Positions 11,409 to 22,674 of a stretch of DNA of 64,000 nucleotides are shown here, one piece after another. Both the position numbers and the translations under genes were made by a program. Below the pieces are notes generated by a model. It was given only the letters and a program-made list of their open reading frames with translations. It did no database searches and was not told where the DNA came from. Source of the DNA: Eledone cirrhosa (Eukaryota); the NCBI GenBank assembly GCA_964016885.1, contig OZ024742.1, positions 20,460,001 through 20,524,000 of the forward strand. Reading direction: 5' to 3'. How positions within the stretch are numbered: position 1 is the stretch's first letter; every line of letters begins with the position of its first letter.

Positions 11409-14400
11409 CTACAGGCTTATGTAAAGAGAAGGCCCATTCACACGGGCCATTCTCGCCACTTTCACCCACCTTTCATAAAAACGACTGGGGTGCAGCACCT
11501 CTCTCTCCATCCTGATCCTTCTTCCGAAATGATATCGGAAGAAACGGACCAGTTGTTGGCCAGAGAGAAAGGCGCCCGACCTCAGTCCTTTCAGACGCGT
11601 CCACCATACAACCTCTTTCGCCATGGCTATTACGCACAGAAACACCGCCTCTGCTTCATCTTTGAAGGGGGGAGGCGGCTTGATCATTACAATAGACTCG
11701 GTGGTCAACCGGATCGGTCCCACCCTTGACAGCAGTTGTTCGACATAGCCCCACAGATCGGCTACGCCCGAGCAGTGTACCAATGCGTGTGCAACGGTTT
11801 CCTCGTCGCACACGCATCTGGGACAGATCTTTTTGGCGGGGTCCCTACCCGGGCGCCCGTGTCTGTAGAGCCTTTCTCGAACGGGTAAAGCCCCTCGGTA
11901 GCACTGCCAGGCCAGGGACTTCTGGAAGTTGTCCATAGGTCCCGGGCTGAATGTCCTACCGAACAGGCTGGCCAGTTCGTCCTCCTCCATGTCTAGGGCT
12001 TCTCCGAGGGCGTCGTCGCACCTGCTGCGTACCAGCCCTCTATAGAATGTTGCGGTGGAGTCTCCACTGATAACCGGATCCGCCTGCCAGAGGGCGGTGA
12101 GCGCCTGGGCACACTCAGTGTGCCAGGCGCCCAGTTTTCTCGGTCTCTGCTTGACCCAGGATTGCAGTTCGGTGAGTGAGACGAGTCTGGGAAAGGTTCG
12201 TCTCACAAACGGGGCCCACACCGGTTGTCCGGTGAGGAATACGTAGAGGTGCCGTAGCCTTAATGCGTGTTTACGCATCATTAGCCACGGCATCCCCAGC
12301 CCTCCTTTCGAAGGGTGTTGACAGCAGATGGATCTCCTCACCATAGGAGCCCGCCCCTTCCAAAGGAATTGGAAGAGCGCGCGCTCCATCTTGGTGAGGG
12401 TTTCCCTTGGGCAGGGCACTACGGTCAGGCGGTAGTAGATGACGGACGCTATATAAGTGTTCGCCACCTCCGCCCGACCTTTCAGGGATAGTTTGCAACT
12501 GGCCCACTTCTGGGTCAGTGCAAACACCCTGTTCGTAACCTCCGCCCAGTTTTTCTCCACCTGGAGGTCCGGTCCGAACCAGACCCCGAGCAACTTCACC
12601 GGGCCCTCCGTCCAGCGTCCGACGACGCCATCGGAGGGCATCGGTCTGCCCCTCCACGTGCCGAGTTGCAAACCGATCGACTTGTCCCGGTTCAGCTTAG
12701 CCCCTGTGAACTTTTCGTACTCCTCCAGTAAGGTGCCGACCGCCTCGATTTCGGAGGCCGTCGAGACCATTACTGTCACGTCATCGGCGTAGGCCGACAC
12801 CGCTTTCCGCAATCCCGGTTCCAAAGGGATGCCCTGCAACAACTCCAACTTCCGCAGTAGTGGCTCGAGAGTCAACACATACAGAAGGGAGGAGAGAGGG
12901 CACCCTTGTCGGATGGACCGCGCGATTTTGAACGGCTCCGAGAGGTAGCCGTTCACCTTGACCCTAGAGCAGATGCGGCTGCTGTGCATAGCAGTGATCC
13001 AGCCCCTGAAAACGGGTCCGAAGCCTGCCGCCGCTAGCACCGCATCCAGGTAACCATGGTCGACCCTATCGAACGCCTTAGATTGATCCAAGTTGATCAG
13101 AGCCCCACCAAAGCCGGGTTCGTTCCCAACCCTCTCTATGATGTATCGCATGAGGTGGAGGTTGTCATGGATGGACCTGGACGGGATAGCGCATGTCTGC
13201 GCATCTCCCACCAGGTTGCCCACGACAAGCGCCAACCTCTTTGCTAGCACCTTGGCCAAAATCTGTAACTCTGTATTTAGCAGAGTTATGGGCCTGAAGT
13301 TACTTATTTCGTCCCCCTTGTTCTCGTCCTTCCTCACTAGCGTGACTACGCCCTTGGTCACAGTACAGGGAATTCTCCCGTTCTGTTGCCAGTTGCAGTA
13401 GACCGCCTCGAGGAGATCGGGGAACAAGTCCGGCATAGCTAGATATAATTCGTAAGGAAGACCATCGAGACCCGGGGATTTGCGTTTGCCGCATTGGCCC
13501 AGCACGTCCTCTATCTCAGCGGCCGAAATCGGCTCCTCGCAAGACTTCGCCTCCCTGTCCGAGAGGCGCGGCAGGCCGTCGAGGTATGGACCGAAGTCCA
13601 CGTTTCCAACCGGCTCCCCGCCCCTCCCGAACAGTCGGGCAAAGTGCCTTTGAAAGGCCTCACACATCTGCTTAGGCTCAAGAATCGCCCGTCCATCCAG
13701 GTCTCGCAAAGACCGGATGGTGGATTTAGTTCCACTGTTGGCCTCTGTCACGCGGGCCCAGCTAACAGCTTTGGCCCCCTCGTTCCCTAGAGCACGTATT
13801 TTACTTCGGACAACGCAGCCTTCGTGCTTCGCGTCGAAAAACTGGCTCAAAGCCGTTCTCGACGCTAGCACTCTGGCCACGTCGCCGCTTCTAATTGCCT
13901 CTTCTACTCTATCTATTAGCTCCCTTTCCTTCCTATTCCTATCCGCAGCTAGAACCTTACTAAATTCAATCGAGACTACTCTAATCTCTCTCTTTAGAGA
14001 TACCCACCACCTGCTGTTGACGATCGCTCCAGTCAACCGTTCCTTAACTAACGTACTAATCCGATTCCTGTAGGCTCTACTTGCCGGCAAGGACAAGTTG
14101 AGCTTCCAGTAACCGGGGCCCTGTCTATGCGTTCTATCAAGGTTGACCATGCAGGTCACCAACTTGTGGTCTGAATAGCCAACCATGAGCATTTCTGGAC
14201 AACTTAAAAAGTCCCTGTCCTTATTTCTAACTAAAAATCTATCTAGGTACGATCTAGATGATCCGCTGCGATTTGACCAAGACCAGGTTGGCACCGTCGG
14301 AAAATCTAGTCGAAATCTATCGGCCAGGTCAAATCGGCCGAGTAACCCCTTGAGGCTGTTGCACCCCTCTCTATCGGGACATGCCCCTGCATAGTCCCAA

Positions 14401-14846
14401 CGTGCATCCAGGATACCATTCCAATCCCCCACTAAAAGCAGGGAACGGGACGTCCCTAGAAAAGACTCCAGACGCTGGAAAAAGTCGGGCCGCTCTGTCC
14501 CAAAAGGGGCATATGCGGCTATCAGCCTAAAGGCTCTACCTTCACCACTGCCAAGGTCCAGCACCACCAGTCGACCCCCTGGGTCCACGTGAACTATCTG
14601 TGTTGCAAGGCCCATATGTTTTTGCAGCAGAACGACAACCCCACCCCCACCTCCGGGCTGACAGAGAGATGCGTGCATCTCAAAGTCGTCAAAGGTGGGG
14701 GCTAGCTGTCGCATGCTGCTGATCCGGGCCTCGCAGATAACCATCACATTTATAGATTGTGACCTGAGGTCATTTAGAAGCATTGCTTGCTTCCAAGACG
14801 AGCCCAGGCCACGCGCATTTAGACACCCTACTCTTAGCACAGCCAT
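11409..14846 (-). CDS. Tx1/L1 ORF2: APE endonuclease + reverse transcriptase + C-terminal zinc finger
   Basis: APE motifs LNARGL, GDWN, YLDR and SDH; RT motifs PGLDG, FRPITLLN, DQSKAFDRV, QGCPLS and YADD; CPRC..ETVAHALVHC. First ATG at 14846. Confidence 0.95.
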   Translation of the reverse strand: MAVLRVGCLNARGLGSSWKQAMLLNDLRSQSINVMVICEARISSMRQLAPTFDDFEMHASLCQPGGGGGVVVLLQKHMGLATQIVHVDPGGRLVVLDLGSGEGRAFRLIAAYAPFGTERPDFFQRLESFLGTSRSLLLVGDWNGILDARWDYAGACPDREGCNSLKGLLGRFDLADRFRLDFPTVPTWSWSNRSGSSRSYLDRFLVRNKDRDFLSCPEMLMVGYSDHKLVTCMVNLDRTHRQGPGYWKLNLSLPASRAYRNRISTLVKERLTGAIVNSRWWVSLKREIRVVSIEFSKVLAADRNRKERELIDRVEEAIRSGDVARVLASRTALSQFFDAKHEGCVVRSKIRALGNEGAKAVSWARVTEANSGTKSTIRSLRDLDGRAILEPKQMCEAFQRHFARLFGRGGEPVGNVDFGPYLDGLPRLSDREAKSCEEPISAAEIEDVLGQCGKRKSPGLDGLPYELYLAMPDLFPDLLEAVYCNWQQNGRIPCTVTKGVVTLVRKDENKGDEISNFRPITLLNTELQILAKVLAKRLALVVGNLVGDAQTCAIPSRSIHDNLHLMRYIIERVGNEPGFGGALINLDQSKAFDRVDHGYLDAVLAAAGFGPVFRGWITAMHSSRICSRVKVNGYLSEPFKIARSIRQGCPLSSLLYVLTLEPLLRKLELLQGIPLEPGLRKAVSAYADDVTVMVSTASEIEAVGTLLEEYEKFTGAKLNRDKSIGLQLGTWRGRPMPSDGVVGRWTEGPVKLLGVWFGPDLQVEKNWAEVTNRVFALTQKWASCKLSLKGRAEVANTYIASVIYYRLTVVPCPRETLTKMERALFQFLWKGRAPMVRRSICCQHPSKGGLGMPWLMMRKHALRLRHLYVFLTGQPVWAPFVRRTFPRLVSLTELQSWVKQRPRKLGAWHTECAQALTALWQADPVISGDSTATFYRGLVRSRCDDALGEALDMEEDELASLFGRTFSPGPMDNFQKSLAWQCYRGALPVRERLYRHGRPGRDPAKKICPRCVCDEETVAHALVHCSGVADLWGYVEQLLSRVGPIRLTTESIVMIKPPPPFKDEAEAVFLCVIAMAKEVVWWTRLKGLRSGAFLSGQQLVRFFRYHFGRRIRMEREVLHPSRFYERWVKVARMARVNGPSLYISL

Positions 14847-14870
14847 GTTGGTGGTAAAGAGAAAAGGCAC

Positions 14871-16513
14871 TTACCTCTCTGCGTCCCGGGAAACGGGCCG
14901 CTCAATTTCCATGCTGGTTGGGGATGGGTTGTTGGGTGGGGTTGTGGTTTGTGGAAGTGAAGGGGCATCGGTGTGTTGTGGGGTTGGGGTGTTTGTCGTT
15001 GAGTGGGTGTCTGGGTGAGGTGGGGGGGTGAAATTTTTTAGGAGGACGCGGTTGATTGGTTTGGCGCAGGGGGGGCCCACGTCCTCCGTGAAATTTATTT
15101 TCAGTGTTTTGTACAAGTGCATTGGGACTTTTATCATTTTCAAATGAGGTAGTCCCACAGCAGTTATAAAGTTTGGCCCTTCGGTTTGGACCGAAGGGTT
15201 TGCTGAAATTGTTTTCCGTAATTCTTTGTTGTCTGTGTTCATGTATGTGTATTGTAATGTCTTTTTTTGTGTAGCAGTTAGTGTTGTGTGACAGGGAGGG
15301 GTGGTTTGTGTGTAGTTTGTGTTCTCTTGGGGGGGATTAAAGTTAACATGTGTGTCTGTGGTGCGTCTCCTCTTCTTTCTTTTTACTTGTTGGAAGGGAT
15401 CTTTTTCGTCTTGCGACGAAAGAGGTTCGTCTTCCTTGTTGGGTGGGAGGGGTATGTTTTCTGGTAGTGTTTGCGGTGTGCGTGTTTTTGTATTTGTTTT
15501 GGGTGGGGAGGGATTGGGTGGGACAGTATTCTGTGTTATTTTTTCACGTGTTTGTTGTTGTTGTTGTTGTGGTGGTGGTGGTGGGGTTGTTGGTTTTTGT
15601 TGTTGTTGTGGTTGTTTTTGTTGTTGTAGTTGGGGTGGTGTTGGTGTTGGTAGCAGTGTTTTTTTCTGTGTGAGCTGGGGACAGGCAGCCCTCAGGTGAC
15701 CTCTATTGCCACAGAGGTAACAGGAGGGACGCCTACCCTCCACAATAATGTTGAGGTGGGTACGGTCATCCAGCATGACGCGCTCAGGGATTTGGGCGAT
15801 GCGTTCTGGCCTTATTTGGGTCAGAACTTCGATGCTCGTTCCACTGAACGCGTCGCCGGATGCCTTCCCTATTGAGATGAGGTTGTCCTCGTCTAAATTG
15901 AGGAAACCGGTTAGTAACCACCAGTAGTTTATGTTTGGGGTGATGGTGGTTATCCATATCCTCTGGGTTTTTTTACCCATGTAGGTAGGGAAGAAGGTGT
16001 AGTGTGTGGACCGAATTGGCGACACAGAGTATTTTTTTGCCGCCAATTCGTCTTTCATCAATATGGATAAACTCCCATAGAGTTTATCCTTTTGTATGAA
16101 AGTGATGTCTCTCATCGCGTCTTTCAAGACTAACTGAGTTTCCGCTTGAGATGGTTGCGCTGGTTTCTTTGTTTTATTTAAAATTGTTCGGAATACGACA
16201 GTTCGTAATTCCGTCTGTCTTTTTAGCTCCGGAGGTGAATGTATAGAAAACGATCCGTTTTCACCAAAAGACACATATTTCTTGGCTTTTTCCAGCATTT
16301 CTTTTGCTTTTGAAATATCTTCCAGCACATAAGCGACTGATAATTTAGCCGTTTGTGCAAAAGATATTTTGTTTTCGTTTTGGATATTAGTATTGTTTTG
16401 TTTCTCGTCGTTTGAGTTGTTTTCATCTTTGTTGTTGTTGTTGTCTTTCTCGTTTCGTGTGTGGATACTTGTGACGTTTGTGTTGTTGTTGTTTTTGTTG
16501 TCTTTATTGTTGC

Positions 16514-16544
<31 letters not shown>

Positions 16545-16721
16545 GTTTTCAAATTCTTGTGTAGTTGTGGCTACATCTAGTGGTCGGTCAACAGGTGAAG
16601 ACAATTCTTCCTCTCTCTGACCTCTGCCTTTGGCATCTGCTGCTGTGACAGTGGCAGGGGGAAGCTGTGAGTATAACTTCCCCTTTCCTTCTTTGATTGA
16701 TGGTGAAGATGATTCAGCCAT
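14871..16721 (-). CDS. Tx1/L1 ORF1 gag-like protein with CCHC zinc knuckle
   Basis: CYLCGNRGHLRAAC, a basic KRKKRRR patch, and Asn- and Gln/Pro-rich tracts. It lies directly upstream of ORF2; first ATG at 16721. Confidence 0.88.
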
Positions 16722-16967
16722 TTTTCTCAAAATAGGGTTTTTCGAAGTTTTTCGAAAGATAAAATGTTCACAATACTATTTCGCCCAAAGGCGCAGAATA
16801 TTTTGAGAGACCGACCAGATCAAAATTTGACCTGGCAGTCCCTCTACAAAATGATACAAAAATGAAAGTTTACAGTTTACAATTTCCGTATGAATTTAAA
16901 CAAAAACTTACCGAGCGAGCTCAGCACATGTGTCCATCGTAGATTAGATAGATAGATAGATAGGTGT

Positions 16968-17017
<50 letters not shown>

Positions 17018-17152
17018 AATTGGCGGTGGCGCTAAAACAGCGTTTAAGCATAAAAGAGGTGTTTATGACGAGATATATAAACATATATAATACACATTTT
17101 AAATGGACATCTTTGCAGAATATTCTTTAGTTATTATTTGTGAAAATATTAG

Positions 17153-17372
17153 AGGACGATGGATTGGCAGAATCGGTAGAGCGTCGGCGAGCATGCTTAT
17201 TGGCATAGAGTTATGGCCCTTTACGTTATGAATTCAAATCCCGCCGAGGTTCACTTCGCCTTTCAGTCTTATGGGGTTGATAAAATAAACTACCACTGCA
17301 CTTGGGTCGATTTAATCGACTTTACCCTCCCCCAAATTTACTGGCCTTCTACCTCAATCAGAAACCATTATT
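17153..17372 (+). mobile_element. tRNA-derived SINE
   Basis: TGGCAGAATCGG, AATTCAAATCC and the conserved body. Confidence 0.85.
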
Positions 17373-17586
17373 TGTTAAAATTATGAAGATTTGATGATGT
17401 GTTGTCGTTGCAAGTTATTTTATATAAACTTATGTGAGAAATGCTTTAATTTAAATCTGCTCCACAAGAAATAAACGTCTTCCGTTAATCTTCTCCTGCT
17501 GACCTGAATTTCTTTCATACGTACATTCATAAATTCTACAGGCTTAATGTGAGTCTGTTTGTGAAGGGTGTATAGTGTTTGTAGGC

Positions 17587-18830
<1,244 letters not shown>

Positions 18831-19375
18831 GTGTGATAGTGTAAACAAATATATCACCGTTTATATCTGTTCCTCTATATACGATGTATATTCACTAATA
18901 TGTTTGTCTATATAAAATATCTTGTTATCTATATATATTTATTGAGTCAACTTTAGTTTTCTCTCGCATGTAAACATTAATTCACAAGCCACATATTAAA
19001 ATTCTTACATTAAACTCCATAAGGATATGATTCTTTATTGATCAATCATCTTTCTTTGCCGTTTTTAAATTCTTTAATCAATTTTTATCTATTTTCAACC
19101 GTATCTGCTTCCTCCTCCCATACATTCTTATGTGATTTTCCTATGAAATATTTGATTTCCTATACAAGGACATAAAATACTTCAGTATTGAACAGCTGTT
19201 GATTAATTCAATGGTACAATGTTAAACTACATTCTGGATTTCGTGTCCCTACTAAAATACAATAACCCCAGCTCATTCTCATCAACACATTACGACCCTA
19301 GTCTCATATCTATAACCTATTTACATTACTGGAATATTAACACTATTTTCTTTCAATGATTTAATGTACCAGATA

Positions 19376-19462
<87 letters not shown>

Positions 19463-19574
19463 ACTCAGTACATGTGTAGCCATAACTTCTGATTGAGTCA
19501 TAGGGTAATCGTAGTGAATCAACAAGGGGCCTATTTTCGTCCTAGTCATATTCTTAGGGATCTTTTTCTTTCTT

Positions 19575-19680
19575 CTCTTTCTTATTCTTTGCCCACTTAC
19601 CCTTGAGAGTGTTGTGAGGGCAGATTACTCAGACACCCCTTCAAGCGGATCCTGTCAGAGGCAACCATCTCCAGCTGATC
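19575..19680 (-). mobile_element. RTE LINE 3' end fragment
   Basis: Similar to 5676-5772 (GCGGRTCCTGTCAGARGCAACCRTCTCCAGYTGATC). Confidence 0.6.
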
Positions 19681-19944
19681 TTTTATTTTTATTTAAATCT
19701 GGCAGAACCCATGCCGTCTCCAAATGTCGACACAACTGATTTAGTCAAGAGAAAGAGATAGAGATGAATTAAGAGATATAGAGGAAGAATCGATTCCAGT
19801 ATTGGATTGGTACTTTTTTATCAATCTCGAAATAATAAAGGGAGAGTTGACCTTGGTTGGTTTTCAATTCATAGCGCAGAGAGCTAGAGAGAACTTCCTA
19901 AATCATTCTATCTGACGTTCTAAAAGGTATTTCAACACCCTTTA

Positions 19945-20023
<79 letters not shown>

Positions 20024-20060
20024 AAAAAGAGATGAAATCGAAAATGCAACTGAAGTCTTA

Positions 20061-20092
<32 letters not shown>

Positions 20093-20110
20093 ATATATAT
20101 TTATTTGGTT

Positions 20111-20148
20111 CCTTTACCGGTTTCGCAGTTCTTCTGCTTTTCAAAAGG
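20111..20148 (-). ncRNA. Minimal type I hammerhead ribozyme, U3-A8 variant (inverted copy)
   Basis: Exact reverse complement of 20339-20376. Confidence 0.75.
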
Positions 20149-20338
20149 TGAGTTGAGATGGAGGGTCTGTGGTTTTTCTCACATCTGGTTGGTCTCTGAA
20201 TGTTACTTGTTTTATATGGAAAAAGTGGCTCGAAATGCCAGGTTTTTCGAGAAGTAATTTGATTGGTTTGTCAATAATTATAATAAATTTCGCGTCAACC
20301 AGATGTGAGAAAAACCACAGACCCTCCATCTCAACTCA

Positions 20339-20376
20339 CCTTTTGAAAAGCAGAAGAACTGCGAAACCGGTAAAGG
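20339..20376 (+). ncRNA. Minimal type I hammerhead ribozyme, U3-A8 variant
   Basis: CCUU-UUGAAAA-GCAG(AAGAA)CUGC-GAAA-CCGGUA^-AAGG, with a palindromic stem III (ACCGGU). Confidence 0.75.
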
Positions 20377-20519
20377 AACCAAATAAATATATATATTTTA
20401 AAAAAAAAAAAAAAAAAAAATAAGACTTCAGTTGCATTTTCGATTTCATCTCTTTTTCTTTATACTTTCACTCGTGTAGGACACCTCGGTTACTTTTCAT
20501 TTTGTAAAAAAAACCTCAC

Positions 20520-20550
<31 letters not shown>

Positions 20551-20605
20551 ATTTAAAACAATATATGTGTATACCCATATATCATGAGAAAAACATATTC
20601 ATCAT

Positions 20606-20704
20606 TCGAGGTTAACATTGCCTTTCATCTTTATAGGGTCGATAAAATAAAGTACCAGTAATGCACTGGGTAATTGGTGGCCTTGTGCCAAAAGTAGAAA
20701 CAAT

Positions 20705-20705
<1 letters not shown>
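20606..20705 (+). mobile_element. 5'-truncated SINE
   Basis: CGAGGTTAAC..GCCTTTCATC..GATAAAATAAAGTACCAGTAATGCACTGGG. Confidence 0.8.
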
Positions 20706-20775
<70 letters not shown>

Positions 20776-20965
20776 AGGGAGTAAGGTTCTAGACAAAAGA
20801 AGTCATAGAAAAAAAGGGGAATTGGAAATAGCACGGAAAATATATTTAAAGAATCTGTTTTTCCTTTTTTCTTCTTTGATTCGTCAAAGAAACATTATTG
20901 AAAAAATGAGAGGGACAATTTTTTTTTTTTAAAAGGAGTTTTATAATGTATATAAAATATATAAA

Positions 20966-21012
20966 ATATAACAGGTTTCGGTGGATTAGTGTAATCCATC
21001 TTATCAAATGAT
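20966..21012 (-). ncRNA. Hammerhead-like motif (U3-A8 variant, weak stem I)
   Basis: CAU-UUGAUAA-GAUGGAUUA(CAC)UAAUCCACC-GAAA-CCUGUU^-AU. Confidence 0.45.
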
Positions 21013-21103
21013 GAATATTACAATTACAAAGAATTTAAAAAATTAAAAATGTTAATTTTAAAATTAAGTGTTGAAGAAAGTCTGTTCACCTTTCTTGTTG
21101 AGA

Positions 21104-21198
<95 letters not shown>

Positions 21199-21927
21199 TG
21201 TGTGTGTGTGTATTTACGTATATATGTTATTATGTAAAGGAAAAAGCTTGAATTTTGACTGAGAAGTGACTGTCCTGTGTTTCGTCCTTTTTTTAAATTT
21301 TATATATATGTATATATATATATATGTGTGTTATATTAATATAAGTAGATATTTAATATCGCAATTTCTTCGCAGCGTCTATCATGAAGCCATTTTTGTC
21401 GATAACAAATAGACATCTTAGTTATGACTGTTAAATATGAAATGGAATCTTTTCAGCTTACGATTTCGGAGACATACAACCTATTAGAGATTGAGTGTAA
21501 TGGCTGCAATAATTGAATTTGTGTTGTCTTTGAACCCCTCTCATTTTATTTATTATCAAATATATTATACATCAATAAAGATTAAGATATTACCTTGAAA
21601 GTTTACAAGCCAGCGAATTACGGTGACTGTTATCAGACACGTCGTTTATGGTAGAAATTTCAAAGAAGTCTCCGATATTGTCTAAAAATGATGTAAGTAT
21701 GAATCACTGTTTCAGGAAAATGTGTGTTCATGTTGTTTCTCTTTTAAAACTGCTACTTTGTCGATCTGACCTCTATTAATCCTGTCAATGTTAACCAATT
21801 GCAGATATCTCGATTCTTGTATGACGTCAGTAAAAGAAATATAACATTTTTGGGGGGTAGAGAGAGATATTTAGAACATAGTAGATAAGATGGGGTGGTC
21901 ATTTACTTTGACCTCTATAGCAATTTA

Positions 21928-21990
<63 letters not shown>

Positions 21991-22360
21991 CCATATATGA
22001 CTGTATGAATTTATATACATGTGCGGGTACATAGGTATATATATATATATATACGTATATATATATATATATATACGTATATATATATATATATATTAGT
22101 TTTGCGAGGTTTTTTATATGAAATCGTGTGTCGAAACAGATATTGTTATATTTGGGGAGGGTCATATTTGCGTAATATTGCCAGAATTAATAACAGAACA
22201 CACTCACTGTTTGGTTGGTTTTCGCTTCTCGCTGTCTTTTATATATATATATCTGCGATCTAACTTACTCGGTCCTCAATGTTGCCATTGACTGACCGGC
22301 GGTCAAAAATAATACAGATACAATATAGACAAACACATATATATATAGTTTACATAATTT

Positions 22361-22403
22361 ACATAAATCTTTCGTTGCACATCTGCAACATCGTCAGTGG
22401 TGT
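22361..22403 (-). ncRNA. Hammerhead-like motif in PLE 3' pLTR
   Basis: CA-CUGACGA-U-GUUGCA(GAUG)UGCAAC-GAAA-GAUUUA^-UG. Stem I is very short. An identical copy lies at 26503-26545. Confidence 0.55.
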
Positions 22404-22674
22404 TATATTCATTGTTCCTCCTGTTGTGTTGTATGTCTACGCCATTTTTTTTTGTTCAGTCTGTCTATATATTTATTTATTTATTTGCTTGTTTGTTTAT
22501 CTTATTTTATTTTGTCTTCTTTGCGCATGCGTTTGCGTGTGTGTATAGTGTTATGTGTGATGTGTGACTAGTGTGTATAGTGTTGTGTCTGCTGGGTGAC
22601 TAGTGTGTGTTTATGTGCTTGTGTATGTATTTATTTATCTTATTTTATTTATTTAATTTAATTTACTTATTTAT

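Larger units (their letters stand above)
11146..16943 (-). mobile_element. Full-length Tx1/L1-clade non-LTR retrotransposon
   Basis: Two open ORFs, a 5' UTR of ~220 nt, and a 3' UTR ending in AATAAA. Candidate TSD TTAGATAGATA at 11135-11145 and 16944-16954. Confidence 0.9.
20017..20526. mobile_element. Young inverted-repeat PLE pLTR insertion in (TA)n
   Basis: Arms 20017-20190 and 20297-20464 are nearly identical, differing only around the poly-T/A run. The right arm has a ~62-nt extension. Each arm carries a hammerhead. Confidence 0.7.

Noticed and set aside
21595-21682. Possible 88-nt minus-strand exon (NIGDFFEISTINDVSDNSHRNSLACKLS)
   Set aside because: Splice-like ends are present, but there are no partner exons or recognisable homology.
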